Positions 54,283 to 62,657 of a stretch of 63,568 nucleotides of DNA are shown here, piece by piece. Below the pieces are notes generated by a model. It saw only the letters and a program-made list of their open reading frames with translations, was not told the origin of the DNA and did no database searches. Each line of letters begins with the position of its first letter. The stretch's first letter is position 1. The translations under genes and the position numbers were made by a program. Source of the stretch: a virus (Duplodnaviria > Caudoviricetes); the IMG/VR virus record IMGVR_UViG_3300048599_000861, positions 1-63,568 of that record; one strand, 5' to 3'.

Positions 54283-54601
54283 GGAAAGAAGAATGCCCCC
54301 GCTGCGGGCTGGTCGTCGCAGGCTCACACCGAACGGCGGAAGACTGCTTGGCGCACCTCGCCCCACGGTACGCCCTCGCCGCACGCTGGACGAGTTCGAA
54401 TACCGCGTGTTCCAGATGCACTTCCTGGGCGGCGCCGACTGGCGGGCATGCACGCGCGCGCTTGGCCTGGACCGTGGAAACTTCTTCCACGCCGTATACC
54501 GCATCGAACAGAAGCTCGGGCGCGTGTTTTTCGAGATCCAACCGTACGCCCTGTACCCGCTCCGGGAGTACTTCGGAGCGGTGACCGAGAGGACCAACTA
54601 A
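54279..54601 (+). pseudogene. Frameshifted gene; C-terminal part resembles a sigma-region-4-like conserved acidobacterial protein
   Basis: Frame 54279 MRKEECPRC..APRYALA switches near 54378-54382 to RTLDEFEYRVFQMHFLGGADW..LDRGNFFHAVYRIEQKLGRVF..PYALYP. Confidence 0.6.
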
Positions 54602-55303
54602 GTGAGAGTCGTTTACTTCGACCTGGAAACGGGTGGGGTGCTGGACCACCACCCCATCATTCAGATCGCCGCCGTCGCGATCGACGAGAGCACCTGGCGC
54701 GAACTCGGGGCCATCGAAATGAAGCTTCAGTTCGATCCGGCGACCGCCGACCCCGAGGCTCTGGCGATGAACCACTACAACGCGGCTGTGTGGCGCGCGG
54801 AGGCCGTCCCGGTAATCCAGGCGATCTCGCGCTTCGCACGATTCATCGAACCGTACAAGGTTCTCCATCTGATCAGCAAGCGCACGGGGCGCCCGTACAG
54901 CGTGGCGCAACTGGCTGGCCACAACGGGGCGTCGTTCGACGGGCCGCGGATTCAGCGACTGTACAAGGACGCCGGGGCATTCCTGCCTGCCGACCCGCGT
55001 GTGCTTGACACGATGCAGCGGGCGATGTGGTGGTTCCAGGAGCGCGGCATCCGGCCCGAGTCCTTCAAGCTCGAAGCGCTCTGTAACTACTTCGGAATTC
55101 CCATCGGGGAAGGCGAGACGCACGACGCGCTCGCCGACGTACGGCTAACGATCCAACTGGCGCGGCGGTTGCGCGACCGCGACGCCGAACCGGCCGCTGT
55201 GCCGAGTGCGGAGGCCATCGCGAGCGGGTTGAGCGTTCCGGTGGCGACCGTGAGAAGCGACATTCGCGCCACAGACTACAGCACGCAAGGAGGCAGGAAA
55301 TGA
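54602..55303 (+). CDS. DEDDh 3'-5' exonuclease (DnaQ-like)
   Basis: FDLETGG; GHNGASFD; HDALAD. Confidence 0.9.
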   Translation: MRVVYFDLETGGVLDHHPIIQIAAVAIDESTWRELGAIEMKLQFDPATADPEALAMNHYNAAVWRAEAVPVIQAISRFARFIEPYKVLHLISKRTGRPYSVAQLAGHNGASFDGPRIQRLYKDAGAFLPADPRVLDTMQRAMWWFQERGIRPESFKLEALCNYFGIPIGEGETHDALADVRLTIQLARRLRDRDAEPAAVPSAEAIASGLSVPVATVRSDIRATDYSTQGGRK

Positions 55304-55542
55304 AGATCGAGTTGGGCCAGAAGGTCAAGGATAAGATCACCGGATTCACCGGCGTGGTGACCGGGAGAACCGAGTACATCACCGGCTGCGAGCAACTGCT
55401 CGTGCAACCGCCCACGAAGAACGACGGCGCGTTCACGGAGCCGCGCTGGTTCGATGTGGATCGACTGGACGTGATCGAGCAGGAGAAGGTCTCGCTCACG
55501 GTCAAGAAGGCAGGCTTCGACTCCCCCGCGCCGGCGCGGTAG
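55300..55542 (+). CDS. Conserved phage hypothetical protein
   Basis: LGQKVKDKITGFTGVVTGRTEYITGC..WFD..RL. Confidence 0.8.
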   Translation: MKIELGQKVKDKITGFTGVVTGRTEYITGCEQLLVQPPTKNDGAFTEPRWFDVDRLDVIEQEKVSLTVKKAGFDSPAPAR

Positions 55543-55550
55543 CGGGACAC

Positions 55551-55855
55551 GGGATTGCCGATGATCGTGTGCGGACTCATCGCGGACGCGGGTTCGATTC
55601 CCGCCACCTCCACCAACCTGGCGGCTCTGACTCGGTTTGCGTGTTGGCAACCGGGTTATCCGCCTCCATGCGGGGGTGTACAGGTTTCGACGGGATGCAG
55701 CGAGCGCACGGGAGGCATTGGGCAGGCGACCGTCCTTACAGGCGCAAACCATAAAGGCCAACAACACTGTGGCCCTGCCGATGGCTGCCTAGCAGCGCTG
55801 AAGCGGCGCACGCCGGGGGACCCGCAAGGGTGCGCGGCAACAGAACCCCGGCCCT
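55551..55855 (+). ncRNA. ssrA: Circularly permuted (two-piece) tmRNA
   Basis: Acceptor piece ends GCGGG-TTCGATT-CCCGC-CACCTCC-ACCA (55588-55615); hairpin intervening sequence 55616-55671; coding piece starts GGGGGTG-TACAGGTTTCGAC (55672); G3:U70 pair; P2 pairings between the pieces; tag GCC..GCT GCC TAG 55757-55792 = ANNTVALPMAA. Outer ends approximate. Confidence 0.93.
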
Positions 55856-55868
55856 ACAAGGAGAATCG

Positions 55869-56057
55869 ATGAACGCTACGAAACGCAAGGCGCCCGCGAA
55901 GGCGCAGAACAGCAAGCAGGGAACGGTGAAGTTCACCGTCGTCAGCCCCTTGGCGATCCTGGCCATGCTCGGCGAAGCATGGGCTTCCGGATACGTTGCC
56001 GCCCTGGCGGAATCGAAACCGCGGCGCAGCAAGAAGGCGGTGGCATCGAAGTGCTGA
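55869..56057 (+). CDS. Small hypothetical protein
   Basis: AAGGAG RBS immediately after the tmRNA. Confidence 0.55.
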   Translation: MNATKRKAPAKAQNSKQGTVKFTVVSPLAILAMLGEAWASGYVAALAESKPRRSKKAVASKC

Positions 56058-56851
56058 CCCACAGCGGCGTCCACGTAACCCGCGAGTTCGGCGCACCGAC
56101 GATCCGCGACATCGCCGTGCAGAGCATGCGCCTGGTGCGCTGGTCGGGCGGTGGTGAGGTCTTCTGGCCCATCGGCATGCACTGCCTGCTCGTCGCCGAC
56201 CTGATGCCGAAGAGCCTCGAAAATCCTATCAGGCCCATGCAGGAGATTCCGACCGATCACTGGCTCGATGTCCACGCGCTGCTCCACGACGCCGCCGAGG
56301 TCTCCGTGGCCGACGTTCCCAGGCCAATGAAGACCGGCGAGGCGCGCGCCGTCGAGGACAGCGTGCAGTCGCGCATCTTCGCCTCGCTCGGAGTCCCGGA
56401 GCCGACCGAAGCGATCAAGGCGGCCGTCAAGCGAGCCGACTTCCGGGCGGCGCTCGCCGAAGGCGCCTGCGGTTGCGCGGGCCGCGGCTACCAGCAGACC
56501 CAGACCGGGTTTCACAACGACCCCGAGGCCGAGCAGATCCTGCGCGCGTACCTCGCCCGGTACAACGTCGCCGACGCGATTAACGCGGACGGGCAGTGGG
56601 CGCTCTGGTACGAGGCCCGCCTGCGGCAGGCCATGCGCGCCGCCCAGCGCGCCGTGTCCTACGCTCCCGAAGCCGAGGTGCAGACGCCAGCGCCGGCGGC
56701 GCCGACCTGGAGAACGGTTATCGATTCTCCGCAGCAGGACGTCCTCTGCGCCATCCAGGCGCTCTACCGCTCCCAGGAGCACAGGCCGTCGTACGAGGCC
56801 GTTCGGGACGTCGTGATGCGCGCCTTCCAGGGCCGCGAGGGTAAGCGGTAA
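56051..56851 (+). CDS. HD-domain 5'-deoxynucleotidase-like protein (YfbR/YfdR-like)
   Basis: DIA...R..RWSG..HCLLV; ALLHDAAE...DVPRPMK; VKRAD. Confidence 0.8.
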   Translation: MLTHSGVHVTREFGAPTIRDIAVQSMRLVRWSGGGEVFWPIGMHCLLVADLMPKSLENPIRPMQEIPTDHWLDVHALLHDAAEVSVADVPRPMKTGEARAVEDSVQSRIFASLGVPEPTEAIKAAVKRADFRAALAEGACGCAGRGYQQTQTGFHNDPEAEQILRAYLARYNVADAINADGQWALWYEARLRQAMRAAQRAVSYAPEAEVQTPAPAAPTWRTVIDSPQQDVLCAIQALYRSQEHRPSYEAVRDVVMRAFQGREGKR

Positions 56852-57186
56852 TGCTGGGCATCTACAACGCGACCTGGTGGTTCGAACATCGCCCGAGGCT
56901 GCGTTACTGGCAAGCGTTCCTGCTGGCCTTGGTCTGGACTCTGGTGTGGGGCTGCGCGCGCTGGCCGCGGCTCCGCATCTATTTCCGCTGCGCCACCTAC
57001 GCAGGCTGGGTTGCGTGGCGCAACGCCTTTGCCTGGGGCCGGCGCGAGTGCCCGGAGCCTGTCGTCTGCGAAGAGTGTGGCTGGGCAGGCCCGCGGCGCT
57101 GGGTCTTCCACGCCTACCAGGATGACGGAAGCGGAGAGGACGTCGAGCCAGTCGACGAGTGCCCCAATTGCGGAAGGGAGATTTGA
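56851..57186 (+). CDS. Hypothetical Zn-ribbon protein
   Basis: TAATG coupling; CEECGW...CPNCG. Confidence 0.55.
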   Translation: MLGIYNATWWFEHRPRLRYWQAFLLALVWTLVWGCARWPRLRIYFRCATYAGWVAWRNAFAWGRRECPEPVVCEECGWAGPRRWVFHAYQDDGSGEDVEPVDECPNCGREI

Positions 57187-57683
57187 TGGACACCCAATAC
57201 GAATCGACAATGCAGGACCTCGACAAACGGGCGGCGCTGGTGAAACTCGCTCAGTGCTTCCATCAGAACGGTCTCAGCCAGGTTGGCATGGTCATATCCG
57301 AGATCGTCTCCGGAACGGCGCAACAGGTCCTGGCCTGCTTACGAGCGCTGCACCAGTGGCGCTACACCGAGGCGGCCGAACCCGCGCCCGAGATCGCCGA
57401 GTTACGGCGCCTGCGCGAGGGCCTCGATGCGCTCAAGAAGGAACTAACCGACGATCCCACATTCGGCAGCATCATTGAACTGGTTTTCTACGGCCCGCTG
57501 CGCGAGGCCGAGGCCGAGAATCGCAGGCTTCGCGCAGTGCTCCACGACGTGCTCGGCATCTTTCGGCCGCACCCGCATCAGGAGGGGCACTACCTCATCC
57601 TGACCGTCGATATCGAGCGGATCAAAGGCCAGATCGCGCGGGCGCTGGGCGTGGTCGAGTCAACCGAGGCCCAGAATGGCTGA
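57186..57683 (+). CDS. Hypothetical protein
   Basis: TGATG coupling, GGGAG RBS. Confidence 0.6.
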   Translation: MDTQYESTMQDLDKRAALVKLAQCFHQNGLSQVGMVISEIVSGTAQQVLACLRALHQWRYTEAAEPAPEIAELRRLREGLDALKKELTDDPTFGSIIELVFYGPLREAEAENRRLRAVLHDVLGIFRPHPHQEGHYLILTVDIERIKGQIARALGVVESTEAQNG

Positions 57684-57942
57684 CCGAATCGCTGAGAGTA
57701 TAGACGCCGTCCTGGCCTCAGTCGGTCCCGACGATGGTCCCAACTACGACAACTTCGCGCCGCACGTGAACGCCAGCGCCCAGCTACAGAAGCTCGTGTT
57801 CGCGCACGTGAGCAGGTTCTTCGCCAGCGAACTACCGATTCCCGACCGGATTCAACTGGCGGTCCTGCATTCCTTCTGGCTGGGCTTCGAGTCGGGCAAG
57901 GCGGTGGAGCAGGGCGAACGGATGGAGGAGATATTCGGATGA
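57676..57942 (+). CDS. Hypothetical protein
   Basis: Overlap-coupled within the operon. Confidence 0.55.
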   Translation: MADRIAESIDAVLASVGPDDGPNYDNFAPHVNASAQLQKLVFAHVSRFFASELPIPDRIQLAVLHSFWLGFESGKAVEQGERMEEIFG

Positions 57943-58196
57943 TCAGCTATCCACTTCAGTACCAAGAGTTGCTGCGTAAGAGCGTGGACGAGGTGACTAA
58001 CGCGCGGGTGAATCTCGCTTGCGCGGAACAAGACGCAGCGAAGGCCAAGCGAGCATCAATCCAAGCCGACAATCGCGTCGAGGAACTCAAGACAGAGTTG
58101 GAGAAAGTGAAATCCATCCTCGATGTTCGCATCAAACGCTCACCCTACGAGGCGGTGGAGCAATTCAAAACCGATACCGGGCGGTACCCAATATGA
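57939..58196 (+). CDS. Hypothetical coiled-coil protein
   Basis: ATGA coupling, GGAGG RBS. Confidence 0.55.
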   Translation: MISYPLQYQELLRKSVDEVTNARVNLACAEQDAAKAKRASIQADNRVEELKTELEKVKSILDVRIKRSPYEAVEQFKTDTGRYPI

Positions 58197-58489
58197 TCGT
58201 CGTCAAAGTCGAGATGTGGCCCGGTGGCGACGAGTCGCGCGCGAGGGAATTCGCGCGGGCTACGATCACGAACCAGGTCAAGACGACGGTGGCAAGCAGA
58301 GGCCAGCTTGGCGACTACGCCGTGTGCTTGTCGGGAGGAATCTGGGGTGGCCCCGACTTCATGACGCGGACTTGGAGGACGGGCGCCGTTACCGGGTTTG
58401 ACCGTGTTCGGCGTGGGGTCTGGGACCTGCTCTTCTTGGCGCTTCGCAACACGGTGGGGTACCGAAATCAAAGGAGCAACCGGGCGTGA
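58193..58489 (+). CDS. Conserved phage hypothetical protein
   Basis: MIVVKVEMWPGG..GDY..GAVTGFDR...VWDL. Confidence 0.7.
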   Translation: MIVVKVEMWPGGDESRAREFARATITNQVKTTVASRGQLGDYAVCLSGGIWGGPDFMTRTWRTGAVTGFDRVRRGVWDLLFLALRNTVGYRNQRSNRA

Positions 58490-58854
58490 ATATTGAAATC
58501 AAACTTGGCCGAGTAAAGCGCGACTCTAGAATCTTCATCGATGGCGCGGAAGTAACCCGCGGCGTCCTGGACTTCGAGGTCGATCCTGGCGGCGGGTTAC
58601 TTGGAGGTCCGGGCATGACCGACATACCCATCGTGCGCCTGAAGGTGTGGCCACGGACACTGGCCATCTCCGGTGAATTGGGGGAGGTGGTAAAGGCTGA
58701 TCTCCTGGCGCATAGCGGGCGCAGAGAACTTCGGCGCGCGCTGCGCGGGGCGGTGTACCGCTTGTTCCGTAACATCCGCTTGGCCGCGGATGAACTGCGC
58801 CAGATCTGGCGAGAGGCTCACCCCAATAATCATGAGCGGTGGTGGGAAAGATGA
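58486..58854 (+). CDS. Hypothetical protein
   Basis: GTGA coupling, AAGGAG RBS. Confidence 0.55.
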   Translation: MNIEIKLGRVKRDSRIFIDGAEVTRGVLDFEVDPGGGLLGGPGMTDIPIVRLKVWPRTLAISGELGEVVKADLLAHSGRRELRRALRGAVYRLFRNIRLAADELRQIWREAHPNNHERWWER

Positions 58855-59408
58855 ATCCCTACACCGAGATTTACAGCCTGAAGGCCGACCGCGCCACCGA
58901 CGCATTGATCGCGGAGCGGGTGATGGGCTGGAAGCCCCGCGGGCCGCATCCGATCTTCGGGACGCCTGTCTACGCGACCGGCGTTGGGGACGGATTATTA
59001 CCGCACTTCAGCACCGAGGTTTACGAGGCGCTTCGCCTCTGGGACCATCTTGCGATTTCAGGATGGCAGTGCTCGCTCGTTCATAAGCCATTCGAAGCGA
59101 TGCCGGACGACCAATGGGTGTTCCATGGCGTTCGACTACGCACCACGGTGCTAAAGGGCCGCACGCCCGGACCAACGGCAACCATCGACAAAGCAGTATC
59201 TCAGCGGATTGAATCGTTCTCCGCGCGCGGAGACACACGGGCCTTTGCGATCGCTCGCGGTGCCCTGTTCGCGGTCGATGTGCTCAAGCGCAAACGACCG
59301 TGCGTGCATCCTCCGGGGTATGTTCACTGCTCGTGGTGTGGGTTTGATGCGAAGACGGGCAACCCCGGCCAGTGGCCCCCGCCGCCGTTCGAAAGGATCG
59401 ATCAATGA
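58851..59408 (+). CDS. Phage ABA-sandwich-domain-like protein
   Basis: DALIAERVMGW..PHFST...A..L..AFAIARGAL. Confidence 0.65.
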   Translation: MNPYTEIYSLKADRATDALIAERVMGWKPRGPHPIFGTPVYATGVGDGLLPHFSTEVYEALRLWDHLAISGWQCSLVHKPFEAMPDDQWVFHGVRLRTTVLKGRTPGPTATIDKAVSQRIESFSARGDTRAFAIARGALFAVDVLKRKRPCVHPPGYVHCSWCGFDAKTGNPGQWPPPPFERIDQ

Positions 59409-59662
59409 CGCACGTACCGGATTGTGACAAGCAGCCACCGCGCGCCGGGAAGATGGTCGCCGTTTGCGGAGCAAAGGTCTCCATCCGCAAGGCAGTGACA
59501 GCCTTCCCGTCGTGCCCGCACTGCGACGACCTGAACCTTGGGTGCCTGGAGGCACTCCGTGAAATCTTCGACTCGATGGATCAGGTCGTCAGGCTCATGA
59601 TCGACAGAAGCGCGTTCATCAAGGCCCAGCGAGCGCTCTCGCGCAAGAGGTGGCGGCGATGA
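59405..59662 (+). CDS. Hypothetical Cys-rich protein
   Basis: ATGA coupling; VCG..CPHC. Confidence 0.5.
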   Translation: MTHVPDCDKQPPRAGKMVAVCGAKVSIRKAVTAFPSCPHCDDLNLGCLEALREIFDSMDQVVRLMIDRSAFIKAQRALSRKRWRR

Positions 59663-60009
59663 AAACGCGAGTCGTCAACCGCCGGCGCGAGCGCTTCGAT
59701 GTGTACATCGGGCGCCCCAGCCCGTTCGGAAATCCGTTCAGCCACATGCCGGGGACGCTGGCGAAGTTCAGGGTAGCTACTCGCGAGGAGGCGATCACCA
59801 AGTTCCGCGAGTGGTTCCTGGCGCAACCGGCCCTGGTGGAGCGCGCCCGCCGCGAGTTGAAGGGAAAGGTGCTGGGATGCTGGTGCAAGCCGGCGTCCTG
59901 CCACGGCGATGTGATCGCCGAGATCATCGATGGGGAAAGAAACACGGCAGCAGCAGACGCGTTCATGGGGATCTTCGGCATGCAGCGAATCGACGAGGGC
60001 CAGCAATGA
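59659..60009 (+). CDS. DUF4326 domain protein
   Basis: DVYIGRPSPFGNPF..ELKGKVLGCWCKP..CHGDV. Confidence 0.9.
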   Translation: MKTRVVNRRRERFDVYIGRPSPFGNPFSHMPGTLAKFRVATREEAITKFREWFLAQPALVERARRELKGKVLGCWCKPASCHGDVIAEIIDGERNTAAADAFMGIFGMQRIDEGQQ

Positions 60010-60206
60010 CTCCGAGTTGCCTGCTAACCCCTTCCCAGGTCGCCGACCGCCTCCAGGTGTCGGTGGCCTGGGTGCGCGACCACAGCACGCGCAAGTACCC
60101 GCGGCTCCCGGTAGTGCGGATCGGTGGATTACTCCGGTACGACGGCGCCGATATAGACAAGTGGATCGCCGAGCAGCGGGCCGAGGGATTCAGGAGGGCA
60201 TCATGA
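60006..60206 (+). CDS. Excisionase-like HTH protein
   Basis: LLTPSQVADRLQVSVAWV..LPVVRIGGLLRYD..DIDKWI. Confidence 0.85.
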   Translation: MTPSCLLTPSQVADRLQVSVAWVRDHSTRKYPRLPVVRIGGLLRYDGADIDKWIAEQRAEGFRRAS

Positions 60207-60547
60207 AGGCGTTTCTGATCTGTTCAGTGAGGGGAGCGACCGCGGAAACTCTCCGCGCCCAGGAGCAGTACGTCGCGGAGCTCGAGGCGCGGGGCTACGA
60301 GGTTCACTATCCCCCCAGGGACACGAACCAGGCCGCGGACGCAGCGGAGATTTGCTCCCAGAATTTCTGGGCAATCAAGAACGCGGATGAGGTTCACGTT
60401 TTCTACAGCCCGAAAAGCCAGGGCACGCATTTCGATCTGGGAATGGCGTTCGCGCTCGCGAAGAAGATCGTTGTTGCGCGAAACGTCCCCTACGGTCCCG
60501 GTAAGAGTTACGCCCGGATGCTGGACGAGTGGAGGACATGGCGATAG
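60203..60547 (+). CDS. Nucleoside 2-deoxyribosyltransferase-like protein
   Basis: YPPRD; AIKNADEV; SQGTHFDLGMAFAL.K. Confidence 0.75.
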   Translation: MKAFLICSVRGATAETLRAQEQYVAELEARGYEVHYPPRDTNQAADAAEICSQNFWAIKNADEVHVFYSPKSQGTHFDLGMAFALAKKIVVARNVPYGPGKSYARMLDEWRTWR

Positions 60548-61428
60548 CTCGCGTGTTCCCGCGCCGTACCCGCGCAACCCCAGACGATAAGCTGACATTC
60601 GTTGGAGGACCTGGGCTGTTCCCACCTGAAGTTGAGGCGGTTCATATAAGCGTCACGTTCAGTTGGGATCTGCCCACCGCGCACCGCCTCGCGGCCGAGT
60701 GGGAGCGAATCGCCCCAGTGAGGATCGGCGGGCCGGCGACGGGTGAACCTGGCGGCGACTTCGTTCCTGGCTTGTATCTCAAACAGGGATACGTGATCAC
60801 GTCGCGCGGCTGCCCCAACCGCTGCTGGTTTTGTTCGGTCTGGAAGCGCGAAGGGCAGGCTATCCGAGAGTTGCCAATCACCGAGGGCTGGAACGTTCTG
60901 GACGATAATCTGCTCGCGTGCTCCCCGAAGCATATCTGCGAAGTAATGGAGATGCTACGGAGACAGAACCGGCAACCGGAGTTCACTGGTGGAATTGAAG
61001 CGGCCCGACTCGATCAGTGGAGCGCCGAGGCCATCCGGTCGGTGCGCCCGAAGCAGCTATTCTTCGCATTCGATACGCCCGATGATTGGGAGCCTCTGCT
61101 CCGCGCGGCAGACCTGTGCTGGCGCGCGGGTTTCACGAAGACCTCCCACGCGATCCGCGCGTATGTGCTGTGCGGCTGGCCGAAGGACACGATGGCGCAG
61201 GCAGAGCAGAGAATGCGCCAAGTGCTCTCCCTAGGAATAATGCCGATGGCGATGCTGTGGCGCGACCTTGGGGGTAAGAAGAACCCAGGATGGGCACATT
61301 TTCAGAAGCGGTGGGCGCGGCCCCACATCGTCGCTACCGAGCTTGCTGGAAGGGCGGCGCACGATCAAGTATCCCAACTTGAGCTTGATGAAGTTCGCAG
61401 CAGCACGGTACTGTCACCCGTGAGGTAA
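60538..61428 (+). CDS. Radical SAM protein (copy 2, paralogue of 46278)
   Basis: TSRGCPNRCWFC; long peptide blocks identical to copy 1. Confidence 0.85.
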   Translation: MAIARVFPRRTRATPDDKLTFVGGPGLFPPEVEAVHISVTFSWDLPTAHRLAAEWERIAPVRIGGPATGEPGGDFVPGLYLKQGYVITSRGCPNRCWFCSVWKREGQAIRELPITEGWNVLDDNLLACSPKHICEVMEMLRRQNRQPEFTGGIEAARLDQWSAEAIRSVRPKQLFFAFDTPDDWEPLLRAADLCWRAGFTKTSHAIRAYVLCGWPKDTMAQAEQRMRQVLSLGIMPMAMLWRDLGGKKNPGWAHFQKRWARPHIVATELAGRAAHDQVSQLELDEVRSSTVLSPVR

Positions 61429-61430
61429 CA

Positions 61431-62621
61431 ATGCCGCGCGAAAAGCACCAGAACGGGTGGGTCAAGGTCGCCGGAAGGCGAGAGAAGAAGTGGATCGGGC
61501 ACTGGCGGCCATACCGCGAGGACGGAACCCGCGGGCACTCCACGGTCGTGCTGGGCCTGAAGGCGAAGATGGCCAAGTGGGAAGCCGAGGATAAGCTCCG
61601 CGCCCACATCGCCGAGGAGACCCACAAGGCCGAGAAGCCCGAAGGCGATCCCACCTTCAAATGGTTCTGGGAGCATCGATTCCTGCCGACCCGGACGTGG
61701 TGTCCGAAAACCGAATCCATCATCAAGAAGATCTTCGAACTGCACGTGCTGCCAGTCGTCGGCGACCGCAAGCTGCGCGAGCTCGAAAAATTCGAGATCG
61801 ACGTGCTCGTCAAGAAGCTCGCCGAGTGCTGGTCCGGGAGCTTGGTGCAGAAGGTCCGCATCTACACCAAGGCGGCGCTCGAGGACGCGATCGACCAGGG
61901 CCTGCTCGACCGCAATCCGGCGCGTAAGGTGGTAAGGCCGTCCACGCGCGCGGCCTGCAGACGGTTCCTCTCGCTCGACGAGATCGCGCGCCTGCTGGAC
62001 GCCATGGAAGGCCGCGACCGTCTGGTGGCCCGAATCTGCATCGTGCTCGGCCTGCGTCCGGGCGAGGTATTCGCGACCAAGTGGGACGACTTCGATGAAG
62101 GGACCGGGCGCCTTCGCGTCGACGAGTCCGCTGTGGACTGCGAAATCAAGGACACCAAGACCCCCGGTTCCCGCGCCTGGGTGTGGCTGCCGAAGTCGAT
62201 TACCGAGGAGCTTTCGAAGTGGCGCACGGTAAGCGCCTCGACGCTGATCTTTCCGTCGCGCAGCACGCGCCCCATCAGCACGCGCAACTTCCTGCGGCGC
62301 CATATCTGGCCGGCGGCCGTGCGGGCCGGGATCATGCAGAAGAAACCGAAGGACTGGCCGAAAGGCAAGCAGTGGGTCGATCCCGCGACGTCGGTCAACT
62401 TCCGCGCCTTCCGCAGGACCTGCGCGACGTGGTTCCACGAGAGCGCCGGTACGAAGAACACCCAGGCGCTCCTGCGCCACACCACGCCGATCACCACGCT
62501 GGGCGTGTACGTTCAGGAGTTACCAGAGAGCGTCCGGACGGCGGTCGAGGCCCTCGACCAGAAGCTTTGCGGCGGTGGCGCGGCGCTCGCCGCAGCGGAA
62601 CCAAAGGGTCCGGTCCAGTGA
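61431..62621 (+). CDS. int: Tyrosine recombinase / phage integrase
   Basis: GLRPGE (R), DTKT (K), FRAFRRT (HxxR variant), LRH, GVY; adjacent to tRNA. Confidence 0.93.
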   Translation: MPREKHQNGWVKVAGRREKKWIGHWRPYREDGTRGHSTVVLGLKAKMAKWEAEDKLRAHIAEETHKAEKPEGDPTFKWFWEHRFLPTRTWCPKTESIIKKIFELHVLPVVGDRKLRELEKFEIDVLVKKLAECWSGSLVQKVRIYTKAALEDAIDQGLLDRNPARKVVRPSTRAACRRFLSLDEIARLLDAMEGRDRLVARICIVLGLRPGEVFATKWDDFDEGTGRLRVDESAVDCEIKDTKTPGSRAWVWLPKSITEELSKWRTVSASTLIFPSRSTRPISTRNFLRRHIWPAAVRAGIMQKKPKDWPKGKQWVDPATSVNFRAFRRTCATWFHESAGTKNTQALLRHTTPITTLGVYVQELPESVRTAVEALDQKLCGGGAALAAAEPKGPVQ

Positions 62622-62635
62622 AAACCCCGAACGTT

Positions 62636-62657
62636 CTGGTACACAACTGGTACACAA
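62636..62657 (+). repeat. Tandem direct repeat CTGGTACACAA x2 (integrase arm-type site candidate)
   Basis: 62636-62646 and 62647-62657, between int stop and tRNA 3' end; IHF-like TAAGTCTTTCGTTT at ~62679. Confidence 0.65.

Noticed and set aside
55584-55615. T-arm plus CCA read as a tRNA fragment or an att remnant of a second integrated element
   Set aside because: It pairs with the downstream GGGGGTG and P2 strands and is followed by a tag ORF, so it is the acceptor piece of a complete permuted tmRNA; no integrase is adjacent
55555-55872. 105-aa ORF over the tmRNA
   Set aside because: No RBS or recognisable protein features; the region is explained by RNA structure
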